DNA of 64,000 bases from Macrostomum lignano (taxonomy: Eukaryota): positions 147,677 through 211,676 of the forward strand of contig NIVC01001980.1 of the NCBI GenBank assembly GCA_002269645.1. Reading direction: 5' to 3'. The position numbers and the translations under genes are program-made. The notes under the pieces are model-generated. The model ran no database searches. It worked only from the letters and a program-made list of their open reading frames with translations, and was not told the DNA's origin. The first letter of the stretch is position 1; every line of letters starts with the position of its first letter. Shown piece after piece: positions 50,076-63,167 of this stretch.

Positions 50076-50639
50076 TAAAAAATAGTTTTTTGATTCTCGT
50101 AAAATTAAGTCAGACAATTACGATAGTAACTACCCGTTAGTAACCACAGCTAAGCATAGCAGTTTTTGTATATTTAAATAGCGGTCTTATCAGGGTAAAA
50201 ATTATCTATACGAATTTCAACTACAAAACCAGCTTTGACACAAGTAGACTATTAAGCTAAAAACTAGTTGATAAGGAGAGTTCCCTAAACACAATAGATT
50301 ATGCATGCAACCTGGACAATAATAAAGAATACTGCGACCGTAATTATTCAATTAACAATTAGCACAGACTACAACGTGACAACCAGAGTAAAGTAGTGGC
50401 AATAAAATAGTTTAATCAAAGCGTTACGTAGGTATTCGTTTGAAATCAAATCAATGATATTATTAAATTATTCTTATTCAATTATTATATAATTTCTACC
50501 GCTAATAATAGAAATAAAAAGTTTGTTGCTTCACAACGAAAGTAACAACACAGATAGTTTTAGACATAAAGGACATACAGCTGAGTCTGTATATGATGGG
50601 CTGATATTGACTTTCACAGAGTTATTAAGTGTAAGCTGG

Positions 50640-51400
50640 GTCATGGTGTGCTAGACAGCGTCATGGTGTGCTAGACAGCGTCATGGTGTACTAGACAGCG
50701 TCATGGTGTGCTAGACAGCGTCATGGTGTGCTAGACAGCGTCATGGTGTACTAGACAGCGTCATGGTGTGCTAGACAGCGTCATGATATACTTGACAGCG
50801 TCATGGTATACTAGACAGCATATTGGTGTACTAGACAGCGTCATGGTGTGCTAGATAGCGTATGGTGTACTAGACAGCGTCATGGTATACTAGACAGCGT
50901 CATGGTGTGCTAGACAGCGTCATGATATACTTGACAGCGTCATGGTGTACTTGACAGCGTCATGGTGTACTAGACAGCGTCATGGTGTGCTAGACAGCGT
51001 CATGGTGTACTAGACAGCGTCATGGTGTACTAGACAGCGTCATGGTGTGCTAGACAGCGTCATGGTGTGCTAGACAGCGTCATGGTGTACTAGACAGCGT
51101 CATGGTGTGCTAGACAGCGTCATGGTGTACTAGACAGCGTCATGGTGTACTAGACAGCGTCATGGTGTACTAGACAGCGTCATGGTGTGCTAGACAGCGT
51201 CATGGTGTACTAGACAGCGTCATGGTGTGCTAGACAGCGTCATGGTGTACTAGACAGCGTCATGGTGTGCTAGACAGCGTCATGGTGTGCTAGACAGCGT
51301 CATGGTATACTAAATAGAATCATGGTGTAATAGACAGCTTATTGGTGTACTAAATAGAATCATGGTGTAATAGACAGCTTATTGGTGTACTAAATAGAAT
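50640..51400. repeat. 20-bp tandem repeat (CATGGTGTRCTAGACAGCGT)n
   Basis: About 37 copies, just downstream of the IMPase gene end. Confidence 0.95.
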
Positions 51401-51494
51401 CAATATGGACACGGTGAACTAAAAATAGCTAAAAGCAACAGGCCTATTCTCTCACGTCATAGTCATAAATGGGCCATAAACGATTTCCTTAGAG

Positions 51495-54400
51495 TCACTC
51501 GCGATCAAACGGAATGCGCTCAATGCAGGCGCTGGTCTCGTCCAATACCTGTCGGCAGCAGGAGACCAGAACGCTACGCGACATCAGGTCGAATGGGCTA
51601 CCTGAAAAAATTATCCCAGATGGAGGGGCGACGTTGTTTCGAAATCGATTTCATAAAATATTGACATTGTCCCATAGATACTACTGCTCTCCCCAACATG
51701 TAACGTTGGCCAATAGTAGTCTAACTCTATATTCTGCAGTGCAGATTAGGCGTATTTATGTTAGAGAAATAAGAGGATTAGTAGAACTGGAGCGATTTTT
51801 GTCTGTTTTCTAGCTCTCGAAAAAATTGCAACACGGACGAGGCAGCCCAATTCCCCTGACAGCCAGAAAATGGATCGGCCAATACTCCGCAACTGCAGGC
51901 TCGTGTCTGCCAGCAGCCGGATTAGGATAATTTATGCGCCTAATAGAAAAAGTTCTTCAAGCTGATAAACTCAGTCTGTGTGCAATACGAGTGCATATGC
52001 GCATTTCCCGAGGCTATGTATAAAGTTGGAGCCAGAGTGAACGTATCGGGGGGGGAGGGGTAGAGATTCCGGGTGAGGATTTCTGAATCTCAGCGCCGTA
52101 GCCAGTCTGCAGCCACGCCCCAGCCTCTGCTGACAATATTTGAAATCGTCTAATTATATATGCTGGCTTAATTGATACACTGTGGCGGTCACGCCACACG
52201 CGCGTACGCGCTCCAGCAGCCACCCCAACCCCGGCCGGGGAGGCCGGCGCTAGGTGCACGGTCGCTGTGCGTTGATTGGCTGCCCAGTGTACACCGCTGG
52301 CCTATATGACTTTAGACTTTTGTCTCGCGCGCCTCCACCCTGCTACTTCCAAATAAACTTTACGTGGCTCAACTCGCCACATTGGTGAGCCCGACTCTCA
52401 ACCGCCTGTTTGAGAATAACTCCTCAGTATGTCAACTGAGTCTGCGGTAGCCCTCAAGCTGCCCACGTTCTGGGCCAGCCAGCCTCGCGCCTGGTTCATC
52501 CAGGCAGAGGCGCAATTCGTCCTCCGCAACATCACGCAAGACGCTACCAAGTACTTTCACCTCGTAGCCGCGCTGGACCAGCAGTCAGCCGAGCGCCTGC
52601 TGGACGTGCTTGAGACACCGCCGACTGAGAACAAGTACGATGCTCTCAAGGCCCGCCTCCTCGGCACATTCGGCCTGACGCAGCAACAGCGTGCCAGCCG
52701 GCTGCTCAACCTGGCCGGCCTCGGTGACCGCCGCCCGTCCGAGCTCATGGACGAGATGCTGGCCCTGCTCGGCAACCACCGGCCCTGCATGCTCTTCGAG
52801 GAGCTTTTCCGCCAGCAGATGCCGGCCGACATTCGCATGGCACTCGTCTCCGTGGATTTCGCTGACCCGCGCGCAGTTGCGCGACTCGCGGATGAACTCT
52901 GGGCGAGCCGGGCACAGCCCGTGGCCACCGCCACCCTGCCGCCAGAGCACCCGCCGGTAGTTGCTGCCACCGCCCGCCCAGCTCGCGCCAAGCCGCAGCA
53001 GCACCAGCCGAGGGAGGCCGACGGCCTCATCTGTTTCTTCCACCGGAAGTTCGGCGCCAAGGCCCGGCGTTGCGAGCCGCCCTGCCAGTTCTCGGGAAAC
53101 GGGCCGGCCGGCCGTCAGTGAGCGCTTCGACGGCCGGCAGCAACAACCTCCTGCTCATCCCCGACGTAGCCACGGGCCGGCGCTTCTTGGTCGACACCGG
53201 CGCTGAGGTGAGCATTTTTCCTGTCTCGGGGCAGACGCCCGCTCGCACACACCCGGCCCGCCGCTTTTCGCGGCCAACGGCAGCCCGATCCGCACGTTCG
53301 GCAGCCGGACACTGACGCTCGACCTCGGCGTCAAGGCCTGCACCTGGCCGTTCATCCTGGCCGAGGTGTCACGGCCGTTGATCGGCGCGGACTTCCTGCG
53401 GCACCACGGCCTACTGGTGGACATGCCGAACCGCCGTCTGCTCGACACTAGCTCGCTGTCCAGCGCCCACCTGCTGCTCGGGTCCGGCCCGGCACCTCAG
53501 CTCGCCGCCGCCATCGCTGGGGACCCGTACAGCCAGCTGCTCGCAGAGTTCCCGTCGCTGACGGAGCAGAGTTTCCAGAAAGCCCGGCCGCTCCACGGGG
53601 TCCAACATCATGTTCCTACGACGGGCCCCCCTGTCCACGCCCGGGCGCGCCGCCTGCCGCCTGACAAGCTGGCGGTGGCCAAGGAGGAATTCCGCAACCT
53701 GGAGCAGCTGGGCATCGTGCGGCGGTCCTGCAGCCCCTGGTCGTCGCCGCTGCACATGGTGCCAAAGGCCTCCGGGGTTGGCGGCCCTGCGGCGATTTCC
53801 GGCGGCTCAACGACGCCACGGTGCCCGACCGCTACCCGGTGCCGCACATTCAGGACTTTTCTGCGCGGCTGTCCGGGTGCAACATTTTCTCCAAGATCGA
53901 CCTGGTGCGGGGCTACCACCAGATCCCGGTTGCCGAGGCCGACATCGCCAAGACGGCCGTCATCACGCCATTCGGCCTGTTCGAGTTTCTCCGGATGCCA
54001 TTTGGACTCAAAAACGCCGCCCAGGCCTTCCAACGGCTGATTGACACGGTCTGCCAGGGTTTGGACTTCGTGTTCGCCTATATCGACGACTTCCTAGTGG
54101 CGAGCAGCGGCCCTCAGCAGCATCTGGAGCACCTGCGCACGCTGTTCCAGCGCCTGGCAAACAACGACCTCCTCATCAATCCAGCCAAGTGCCAGTTTGG
54201 CCGCAGCGAAATCGACTTTCTAGGCCACCGCATCAACAGCCGGGGCGCCGTGCCTCTGCCAGACAAGGTCGAAGCCATCGCCCGATTCGCTCCGCCCGCG
54301 ACCGTCAAGGGCCTGCAAGAGTTCGCCGGCATGGTGAACTTCTATCACCGGTTCGTGCCGCGGGCCGCCCAGTTGCTGCGCCCCATCTATGGCGCCCTGG

Positions 54401-57400
54401 CCAGCAAGGACAAGATCGTTCAGTGGACACCGGAGCTGACGGACGCCTTCAACAGCACGAAGCAGGCCCTGGCTGACGCTGCCATGCTTGCGCACCCGGA
54501 GCCCGACGCCCCAACGGCGCTGACGGTCGACGCCTCGGACACCGCCATCGGGGCGGTTCTGGAGCAGCGTGTCGGCGAGACCTGGCGGCCACTCGCTTTC
54601 TTCAGCCGCCAACTGCGGCCGGCTGAACAAAAGTACAGCGCTTTCGACCGGGAGTTACTCGCTCTCTATCTGGCCACGCGACATTTCCGCTAATTTTTGG
54701 GAAGGCCGCATCTTCACCGCCTACACCGACCACAAACCCCTGGTCGCGGCCATGGCCAAGTTGTCGGATCCCTGGTCAGCGCGCCAGCAGCGGCACCTCG
54801 CATACGTGTCGGAGTTCACCACCGACATCCGGCACGTGGCGGGCAAGGACAATCCGGTGGCCGACGCCCTCTCCCGCTGCACCGTCGCCTCTGTGCAGCC
54901 GCTGCTCCCCGGCATCGACTACGCGGCCCTGGCGCGCGCGCAGCGAGCGGACGATCCCGCGCTCGCCGGCACCGGCCTGCGGCTCGAGCGCGTGACGTTG
55001 CGTCCCGGCCTGGAGGTCATCTGCGGCACCGTGACCGGCCGCCCGCGCCCGCTGGTGCCCACCGACTTCCGCCGCGCCGTTTTCGACGCGGTCCACGGAC
55101 TGGCGCACCCGTCCGTACGCAGTACGCGGCGCCTAGTGTCCGAGAAGTTCGTGTGGCCGGGAATCAACAGGGACGTCGGCCAATGGGCTCGCAGCTGCAT
55201 CGCCTGCCAGACGGCCAAGGTGCAGCGCCACGTGACCGCCCCGCCCGCCAGCATTCCGGTGCCCAGCAGCCGTTTCGCGCACGTCCACGTCGACCTTGTC
55301 GGACCGCTGCCGCAGTCCCACGGTTTCACGCACCTGCTGACCGTCGTCGACAGGTTCACCCGCTGGCCGGAGGCTTTCCCCTTGGCCGACACTTCCGCTG
55401 CCTCCTGCGCGTCCGCTTTCATCGCCGGTTGGATCGCCCGCTTCGGCGTGCCCAGTGACGTCACGTCCGACCGCGGCTCCCAGTTCACCTCCGGGCTATG
55501 GGCCAACGTGTCGCGGCTGCTGGGCATGCAGCTGCACCACACCACCGCTTTTCACCCACAGGCTAACGGCCTGGTGGAACGCTTCCACCGCCAGCTCAAG
55601 GCATCCCTGATGGCGCGCCTGACCGGACCGACTTGGACCGACGAGCTGCCCTGGGCGTTGCTGGGCATCCGCACGGCTCCCAAGGAGGACATCGGCGCCT
55701 CCTCGGCCGAGCTGGTCTACGGCGCCCCGCTGACGGTACCGGGAGAATGCCTGCAGGCCGCGCCACCCGAGGCCTCTTACGACCAGTTCCTGGCCCGGCT
55801 ACGCAGCGCGGTGCAGTCGTTCCGGCCGCCTCCAACCTCGCGTCATGGCCGCGTCGCTGCCTCCGTGCCTGCTGCCCTGGAGTCCTGCACGCACGTCTTC
55901 ATCCGCCGCGACGGCCACCGGCCATCTCTGCAGCGGCCGTACTTCGGGCCCTTCAAGGTCCTTGAGCGCGGAGACAAGACCTTCCGCACGCGGCAGGATC
56001 ACGTGGCAGTGGACAGACTCAAGCCTGCGGCGCTCGATCCCGGCGAGGCGATTCCGGCTCCGGCTCTGCGGCCACGAGGCCGCCCCCGCCTGGACGGCCG
56101 GCCACAACTGCCACGTGGTGGAGACCCTCCGGTCGCAGCTGCGCACCCGCAAGCGCCACCGGGGCTCCCACCAACGCGTCTCCCACCGGTGCAAGCGACC
56201 CGGCCTCCAGCGTCTGGTCGCCGCCAGCTTCCGCCTCGCCGGTGCCGCCCGACGCGGTTTCGGTCCTAGGCCAGCGCTGGGGGGAGCCATGTGGCGGTCA
56301 CGCCACACGCGCGTACGCGCTCCAGCAGCCACCCCAACCCCGGCCGGGGAGACCGGCGCTAGGTGCACGGTCGCTGTGCGTTGATTGGCTGCCCAGTGTA
56401 CACCGCTGGCCTATATAACTTTAGACTTTTGTCTCGCGCGCCTCCACCCTGCTACTTCCAAATAAACTTTACGTGGCTCAACTCGCCACAACACTATAAA
56501 TATTCAACTACAAAAATTCTTTAAACACCATCGTGCTATTCAGCCAGATAAGTCATTAATCATGCAATGGCTCATTATAATTGACCTTAATTAGCCTATT
56601 GGCCCCCCTTCGTTTTATATAATTCAGTTACATTTGCTATTCTAGTTAAATTTAACCAAACCAAATATATGCCGCGAATTACCAAGTCACCAAACCCTAT
56701 CATCAAGCATTCACTCGCAAGGCTTGTGCAGTTTTGAAATCTGCAACACAAATAGATTTAGAAAAAAAACTTTAGGAAAATTCTCACCGTCGGGCGAGGC
56801 GGACACGCCGCCAGCCTCTCGCACGATGAGCTCGCCAGCTGCCACATCCCAGCAGTGAATGCCGTACTCGAAGTATGACTCCACCGAGCCGCGGGCCACC
56901 ATGCAGCAGGACAGGGCGGCAGACCCGATGGATCGAATGCCCCGAGAGGCCAGCACGGCTTTGTGCATGTTGCGCACCTTTGTGTCCATCGTGGCATCCC
57001 GCTGGGAGCCCCACTCGGAGCACAGAATCGAGCTGGAGAGATCTAAGCAAGCAAAAACAGAAAATTTTGCTTAAAAGAACTTTTGACTTTTGAAATTTGT
57101 GCAAACAGTGTGCAGTATTGATTAAAAAACAGAAATGATTCCTTCATTATTTGGACCAACTCCAGCACACAAAGCATTCAGTAAAATGTAGCAAATCAAT
57201 TTTAGGACTACTGAACAAAGACTTTAGGGTATCAGGCTGATAACGATTTCAACTTAACTGAATATGAATTGCTTTTTACCAAGAAAATTTTCTACTAGTT
57301 TAATTTCAAAATTCAACATAGACAAATAAGCAATGCCTTTATCTTTATGTTAATAAAAATATCTTTATACTCGTAAATTAGTACTCAAAGTATAAAGCAA

Positions 57401-58183
57401 TAAGCTGCTTACTTTGAGCATCACTGACAGAAAGCTTGGCACCATTGAGGAATGCACCTTTGCCAAGCTCAGCATGATACATCTCATCAAGAATTGGATT
57501 GTAAACAACAGCCAAAGCCACCTGAAAAAATATTCCTAAAATAGTTTTATTGACTCATATTATTAAAATAGCATTAAAACTGAAATTTAAAATTTACCTT
57601 CTTTTTCTCTGCATATGCAATAGAAATACAACAGAAGGGGAAACGATGAACAAAATTTGAAGTTCCATCGACGGGGTCAATTATCCAAGTTGGAGAATCA
57701 GTGAAACTAATTTTAGCTCCACTAGACACGGATTCTTCTCCTATGAACCTATAACAAAGGGGTGGAAATATGAGGTTAAAACTAATAATGTGTATGAAAA
57801 AATGAAATAATAGAGCATAAAATATGAAAATTAAAGAAAGATGCTATAGTCCTCAAAATATCTTACTCATGCGTGGGAAATTGCTCCGATATCTTCTTCT
57901 GAACGAAATTCTCAACCTTTGTATCAGTTTCTGTCACCAAATCAGCAATCGAGCATTTTTGACTAATAACCTTTTGTTTAAAGTAGCCTTCTTTAATGAT
58001 CTAAAAAATAGCGAAGTAATTAATTAACATATTAGTGTTGCAATCTAAAAAATTAAGAGCAGAGTAAGTACGCGCTGGAAAGTGTACTGCTAAAATCATA
58101 CTATAAAAGCGAAAGCTAAAGCCCCTTTAAAAACATACCTCGCCAGCAGACCGAGCTAATTCAAGAGCAAACTGTAGAGACAT
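51495..58183 (-). CDS. IMPA1: Inositol monophosphatase (IMPA1-like), ~266 aa, 6 exons
   Basis: Exons 58183-58139, 58000-57867, 57748-57598, 57521-57413, 57042-56788 and 51601-51495, all GT-AG and phase-consistent (801 nt). Motifs: [72 protein letters not shown]. The first exon and start codon are tentative. Confidence 0.93.
52429..53121 (+). CDS. gag: Gypsy Gag (230 aa) with a Cx2Hx9Cx3C zinc knuckle
   Basis: [21 protein letters not shown]...[13 protein letters not shown]...[18 protein letters not shown]. The ORF is intact. Confidence 0.92.
   Translation: MSTESAVALKLPTFWASQPRAWFIQAEAQFVLRNITQDATKYFHLVAALDQQSAERLLDVLETPPTENKYDALKARLLGTFGLTQQQRASRLLNLAGLGDRRPSELMDEMLALLGNHRPCMLFEELFRQQMPADIRMALVSVDFADPRAVARLADELWASRAQPVATATLPPEHPPVVAATARPARAKPQQHQPREADGLICFFHRKFGAKARRCEPPCQFSGNGPAGRQ
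53094..56269 (+). pseudogene. pol: Gypsy Pol (protease, RT, RNase H, integrase), disrupted as written
   Basis: [10 protein letters not shown] (PR); [20 protein letters not shown] and YIDDFL (RT); TVDASD and [10 protein letters not shown] (RH); [19 protein letters not shown] and NGLVERFH (IN). Frame breaks at ~53250, ~53775 and ~54692. Confidence 0.92.
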
Positions 58184-59299
58184 TACCAAAAAAGGTAACA
58201 AACTGGGCAAAAATATTAACGTATACTCTACCCTGAGGCTTAATTTGCTATGAGATGAGTGAGATGACCTGACTGATTCTTTACAAAAATGTCGCGGAAA
58301 GGTTGAATTTGAAAAGTTACAAACGATAACTTCTTAACAGGTGGTTTATTACAGTAGTAATTATGTTTGTAGTTGTAGATTTTTTATTGTTTGTTTGATT
58401 TAGTTAAATCAGACTGAGTGCCAGCTTTCAAAAAATCATGAATCAAAGGAATTGTTAAAACGTGTCTGATTGTCAAATTAGACCATTCCGTTAAGCCATC
58501 TAGAAGCATTTTGCGTTTATAATTGTACAAACAGACAAACATCGCTAGAGTTTTAGTATATTGTCATTGATTATGGACATTCATTCATTCAAGCATACAA
58601 ATATATTAGAGATTTAGTATATTTAGATAGACTAATAATCTAATCAATCAGCGATTATGATATTTTGGCTTTCTTATGATTAAACTTATGATTAGGCCTA
58701 GAATATGCGGTAGGCTTATAATTTCTCATTAAAACATACAATTAAGTTAAGTAAGGAAGTGTTTGCAAAGTAATATAGTATACATTTACTTGGAATATTT
58801 TGTGCATGTTCAGTTTGTGTCGATATGCTTAAAACTGGGCCCACAGCCTGCTTATGTTTGGACTACTATGGAGTATGGCCTGGGTATGGCTGCATAGCCT
58901 AGGAAAAGTTAGGCATATTATACAATATATTTTAATTTATACAATAGAATAGTGAGGCCTATCCAATATAAAATAAAGCAGATTGTTAGTTGAATAACAT
59001 AGGGGCCTAATCAAATCGGCTAGGCTTATCTGAGTTACTTTTTTATATTGAGCCTTATTTAGATTTTCTTTTTATTTACTTTAGAACCTATATTTTGTAG
59101 GCCCCCTAGGCCTTAAGCCAGTGGTTCTCAACCTGTAGGTTGCAACTTGCAAACCCCACCCCCCAGCCAGTGGGGTTGCATGTTGCATAGGCCCTAATCC
59201 TACTCTCAGCTAGTGTAATAATCATTTTCTCAATTAGTGCATTAATCCTTTATTTATCAAGTGCAAAAATTGATGTTTAAGCTAATGCATTAGTCTTTC

Positions 59300-59870
59300 T
59301 AATCTAGTGCAATAATCCTTGGCTTATTAAGTGCAATAATCCTTGGCTTATCAAGTGTATAATCCTTGGCTTATTGAATGAAATAATCCTTAGTTTATCA
59401 AGTACAAGTATAATAATCCTTGGTTTATCATATGCAATTAGGCCTATCCTTGGCTTATCAAGTGCAGTTATCCTTGGCTTATCAAGTGCATAATCTTTGA
59501 TTTATTAAGTGCAATAATCCTTAGTTTATCAAGTGCAATAATCCTTGGTTCATCAAGTGCAATAATCCTTAGTTTATCAAGTGCAATAATCCTTGGTTTA
59601 TCAATTGCAGTAATCCTTGGCTTATCAAGTGCAATAATCCTTGGCTTATCAAGTGCAATAATCCTTGGTTTATCAAGTGCAACAACTCTTAGTTTATCAA
59701 GTATAATAATACTTGGTTTATCAAATGCAATAATCCTTGGTTTATCAAGTGCAACAATCCTTGGCTTATCAAGTGCAATAATCCTTGGCTTATCAAGTGT
59801 AATAATCCTTGGCTTATTGAGTGCAATAATCCTTGGTTTATTAAGACTAATAATCATTGGATTATCAAGT
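59300..59870. repeat. 24-bp tandem repeat (CAAGTGCAATAATCCTTGGYTTAT)n
   Basis: About 22 copies. It explains the ORF at 59468-59902. Confidence 0.92.
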
Positions 59871-62237
59871 GCAATGGTTGAGCCATTTTTGCTAAAAATC
59901 AATCACATAGATAGATAGATATTGAAAAACCATTTTTAATATATGGATTTCAATATATGGAAAAATAATACTATTATAATGTATAGTAAAAAAAGAAATA
60001 AAATGCTTAAATATTGTATAAAGTTAAAAGTTAAACAAAGCAAAAAGAAAAAGGGTCCTAAAAGTTTACAAAGTTTTATAAACAAATAATTTTGGTCAGT
60101 TTTTTATGCAGATATCATAATATTATGTACGTATATTATAGCACACTTTGTGATTTTGTTTGTGTCTTCTTAAATCTTGTGTTTTCGAACAGCCGTTTTT
60201 CAAAGGTCTTTGTGAAGTATAATGTATTATATCCATTATTGCTAAATAGTGCCATTTTTATTTTCTTTACTTTTTTTTTAATTTTAAACTAAGAACAAAC
60301 TTCTAACCAAAATATACAGTTTGTTATAAATTTTTATTAACCAAAATATCTAGTTACCATTTTGGTTTTACATATTTTTTGTAAATTAAGGTTAGAAAAC
60401 TAAAATAATACATAAAAGTGCACAGATAGTGTACAAATGGCACCCACATTGTTTTCCAAAATTATTCTAGTGCATATTGTGCCATTTTCCTAATTAAATT
60501 TTAATACTCAAATAAAAATAAAAAGAAAGGTCTATATTTTGATAGAGTTAGTTTCGTCTTTTATTTTTATGATTTTGCAAGATTATGATCCTAGTGGAAT
60601 TTTAAGATATTATAAAGATTAGGTTAGGAAAAAAATATTTGGGATTAGACAAGATTGGGATTCTAATTGTTCTAGGATTTTATGATTAAGATTAAGATTA
60701 TTCTATCCTACCTCTACCTGGATCCCAATATTTTCTCCTATGGTACCCAGTTTTTTCTATGCTAAATGCCCTTTAGTTGAAGGTAAATATCTTTTTAGTT
60801 TTTATTTTACTTTGATTATCATTATTTTTGGATAGTTCTAGTTAAAGTTAGTCATAACATTAAAGCTATTAATTAAAGGTGAAAAGAAAGACTGCACTGG
60901 AAAATGACACATGGAAAATAAAGTTGTTATTACAAATTTTATTAGGAAAAAATGGAACCATTTTATTGCTTTATAAATAAACTCTAGTTTGATTAATTAT
61001 GATTCTAGTAGTAGCTAAAGAAAAGTAATAGGTGAAATTTTGAAAGGATTTTCTTTTCATTTAACTAAACATATCAAGTATATCAGCAAAAAGTAATAAA
61101 TGTATAATAAACTTTCAATTAAATAGTTTCAGAGAGGCAAATCACCTTTTCAAGTCTATGGCTGCTATGAATTTATTTTTCTGATATCCTAGTTGTAGCA
61201 TCCTGGTCATTACAGATTTGTCTCCTAATTCAACAAAAAATGAAAATTCAGTTCTATTTTAGATTTATCTTAAATGCATTCAATGGAAGAGATATTTATT
61301 GTTCTTTAGAGTTTCAAGGCAGGCTAAAAGTAATGAGTAGGCCTAGTACAAGTAATAGTTAGTCACAGTTAACAATTTTTAGAGTAAATTTTGAGCAAAT
61401 TTTAGCTAATTCAAACAATAAATACTATAAAACCCTTATTTGGCAATTAGAAATCAGTCTAAAATTGTAATATGCTTTTTGTCCATAGATATTTCTTATA
61501 AAATAGGAATTTTTTAATAGCTCCCTTTAGTTGCATGTAATCTGGAAATTTCCATTTCTTTATATGTCCATTTCTTATGGAATGGAATCTAAAGCTAATT
61601 CTGGAATGATCCTTTTATAACTACCAAATTATTAAGATTTAAAATGTCAATTGTGTATTTTACTGTTTTTTATTTTTTTACTTGGATGCCAAATGAAATT
61701 ACATTCTTTGTAGTTGAAAAACCCAGTGCTATACTGCTGTGAACTGTTCCTTATGCCAGTTTATCTTGCAGTAACCTTCCTTCTTAGTTGCATAATCTCT
61801 GAATCAGTTCTAGTAATGAGGGAGATACAGTGTTTCTTACAAACAATTTTTTAAATTAAAAATCTAAAGCAATTGTGGTACATAAATTAAAAAAAGTTTT
61901 CAATAATAAGTTGATTATCACAATCATACATGCCCAACTTCGAAGTTTCACCTGGCCGTGCGACTTACTTTTTGACTAAAAATGTGACTTACCTACGAAA
62001 GAAACCATAACGCAGAAATTAACGAAATTTTGGGTAAACGGCAGGAGTAACTATAATTGTATTATTAAAGCTAAATGCCTCGTCATATAAATAGTACTGC
62101 GTCTTTTTTAATCTAGCGTTTTTGCGACTTACTTTGGCCAGACCTTTCGCCACCGATCGGCCAGTTGTTGGGCATCTTTGATCACAATTGATGCTTTAAG
62201 CATTGTTAAAGTACAATTTCACTTAAATTCTCCTTTC

Positions 62238-63167
62238 ATGATCGATCCAGCCACAAGTGCCAGGAATTCGGACTCTGCTGCCGATGACACTGGCCAGCCA
62301 GTATTGCCAGAGTCGGCACCAACTGTGAGCGATGTCGACAGTGGCACCCTGGTTGTTGCGCAATGCTCGGCGGTGAAAAGCAGCGCAACCGCTAGCTGCG
62401 CCCTGCTCCCGCTGCTGTCCCGCCTGTCCAGCCTATCCATTGTGCCAGCCGGCAATCAGGATGCCGATGAGGAACCTCACTCTACTAGAATGAGTAGACA
62501 GACTAACTTGTCGTCGGATAGTCTGGCTCAGCTGTGCCGTCGCTACGCTTTGGCGGCCAGGCGGGAGTCGGCCGCCGCTGTCACGGTCGCAGCCTTCTGC
62601 TCCAGGCGTCAACAGCAGCACCCGGTCGCCGCCGACCCGTTGCGTCGCATATCTAAACCGTCCCGACTGCTGCGCCGGCCAAGCAGGCGGAAACTGCAGC
62701 AGCAGCCGCACCGATTGCACTGTCAGTTGTCTCGCAATCCCAGCTGTACTATTCTAGTATCCACTACCGCTATTGCCGAGCTGTTGCTTAGCAACCAGCA
62801 CCTGGCCCAGTTGTCAAGCGCGTGGATGCGCGATCGCAATATTCGACTATTCGGCTTGGACAAACCAACCACTGCGGCTCGACTGGCTCTGGAAGCCCCG
62901 CCAGCGGCCCTGGCTGCAGCGCCATCAGAACCCGCATCGGCATCGGATTCTTCAGTTAGCACCGCGGCAAGCAATTCCACAGCGGAACCAGCCTCTCTAC
63001 TAGCCAGTGCCGGCGTTGGCGAAGCGTCGACCTATTCAACGGAGCGCTGCCGTCTGGTTGGCGACGCCTATCCGGATCTGACCGTGTACGAGCTGGCCTC
63101 CTACTTTGACGAGCTGGTCCGACTGCCTAAGAAGATGAGCAGCCAAGCTGAGAGTATGTACCTGTGA
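62238..63167 (+). CDS. OSER1: OSER1-like (oxidative stress-responsive serine-rich protein, DUF776 family)
   Basis: GC-rich, Ser/Ala-rich single-exon ORF ending DLTVYELASYFDELVRLPKKMSSQAESMYL, which matches the family C-terminal motif D(V/L)T..EL..Y....L..PKKMS..AE.MY. The first in-frame ATG is at 62238. Confidence 0.7.
   Translation: MIDPATSARNSDSAADDTGQPVLPESAPTVSDVDSGTLVVAQCSAVKSSATASCALLPLLSRLSSLSIVPAGNQDADEEPHSTRMSRQTNLSSDSLAQLCRRYALAARRESAAAVTVAAFCSRRQQQHPVAADPLRRISKPSRLLRRPSRRKLQQQPHRLHCQLSRNPSCTILVSTTAIAELLLSNQHLAQLSSAWMRDRNIRLFGLDKPTTAARLALEAPPAALAAAPSEPASASDSSVSTAASNSTAEPASLLASAGVGEASTYSTERCRLVGDAYPDLTVYELASYFDELVRLPKKMSSQAESMYL

Larger units (their letters stand above)
52181..56490 (+). 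mobile_element. Full-length Ty3/Gypsy LTR retrotransposon, CsRn1 clade (4310 bp)
   Basis: 201-bp LTRs at 52181-52381 and 56290-56490 (TG...CA, 2 mismatches), 4-bp TSD ACAC, PBS TGGTGAGCCCGAC (tRNA-Trp-like), PPT GGGGGGAGCCA, domain order PR-RT-RH-IN, and a Gag CHCC motif. Confidence 0.96.

Noticed and set aside
52557-56384. Many overlapping antisense and alternate-frame ORFs in the Gypsy element, and likewise over calbindin and MFS
   Set aside because: These are shadow ORFs expected from GC-rich codon usage, with no recognisable motifs.
59115-59185. CAGTGGTTCTCAACC hAT (Charlie-like) terminus
   Set aside because: Only one short end is visible, with no partner TIR or TSD.
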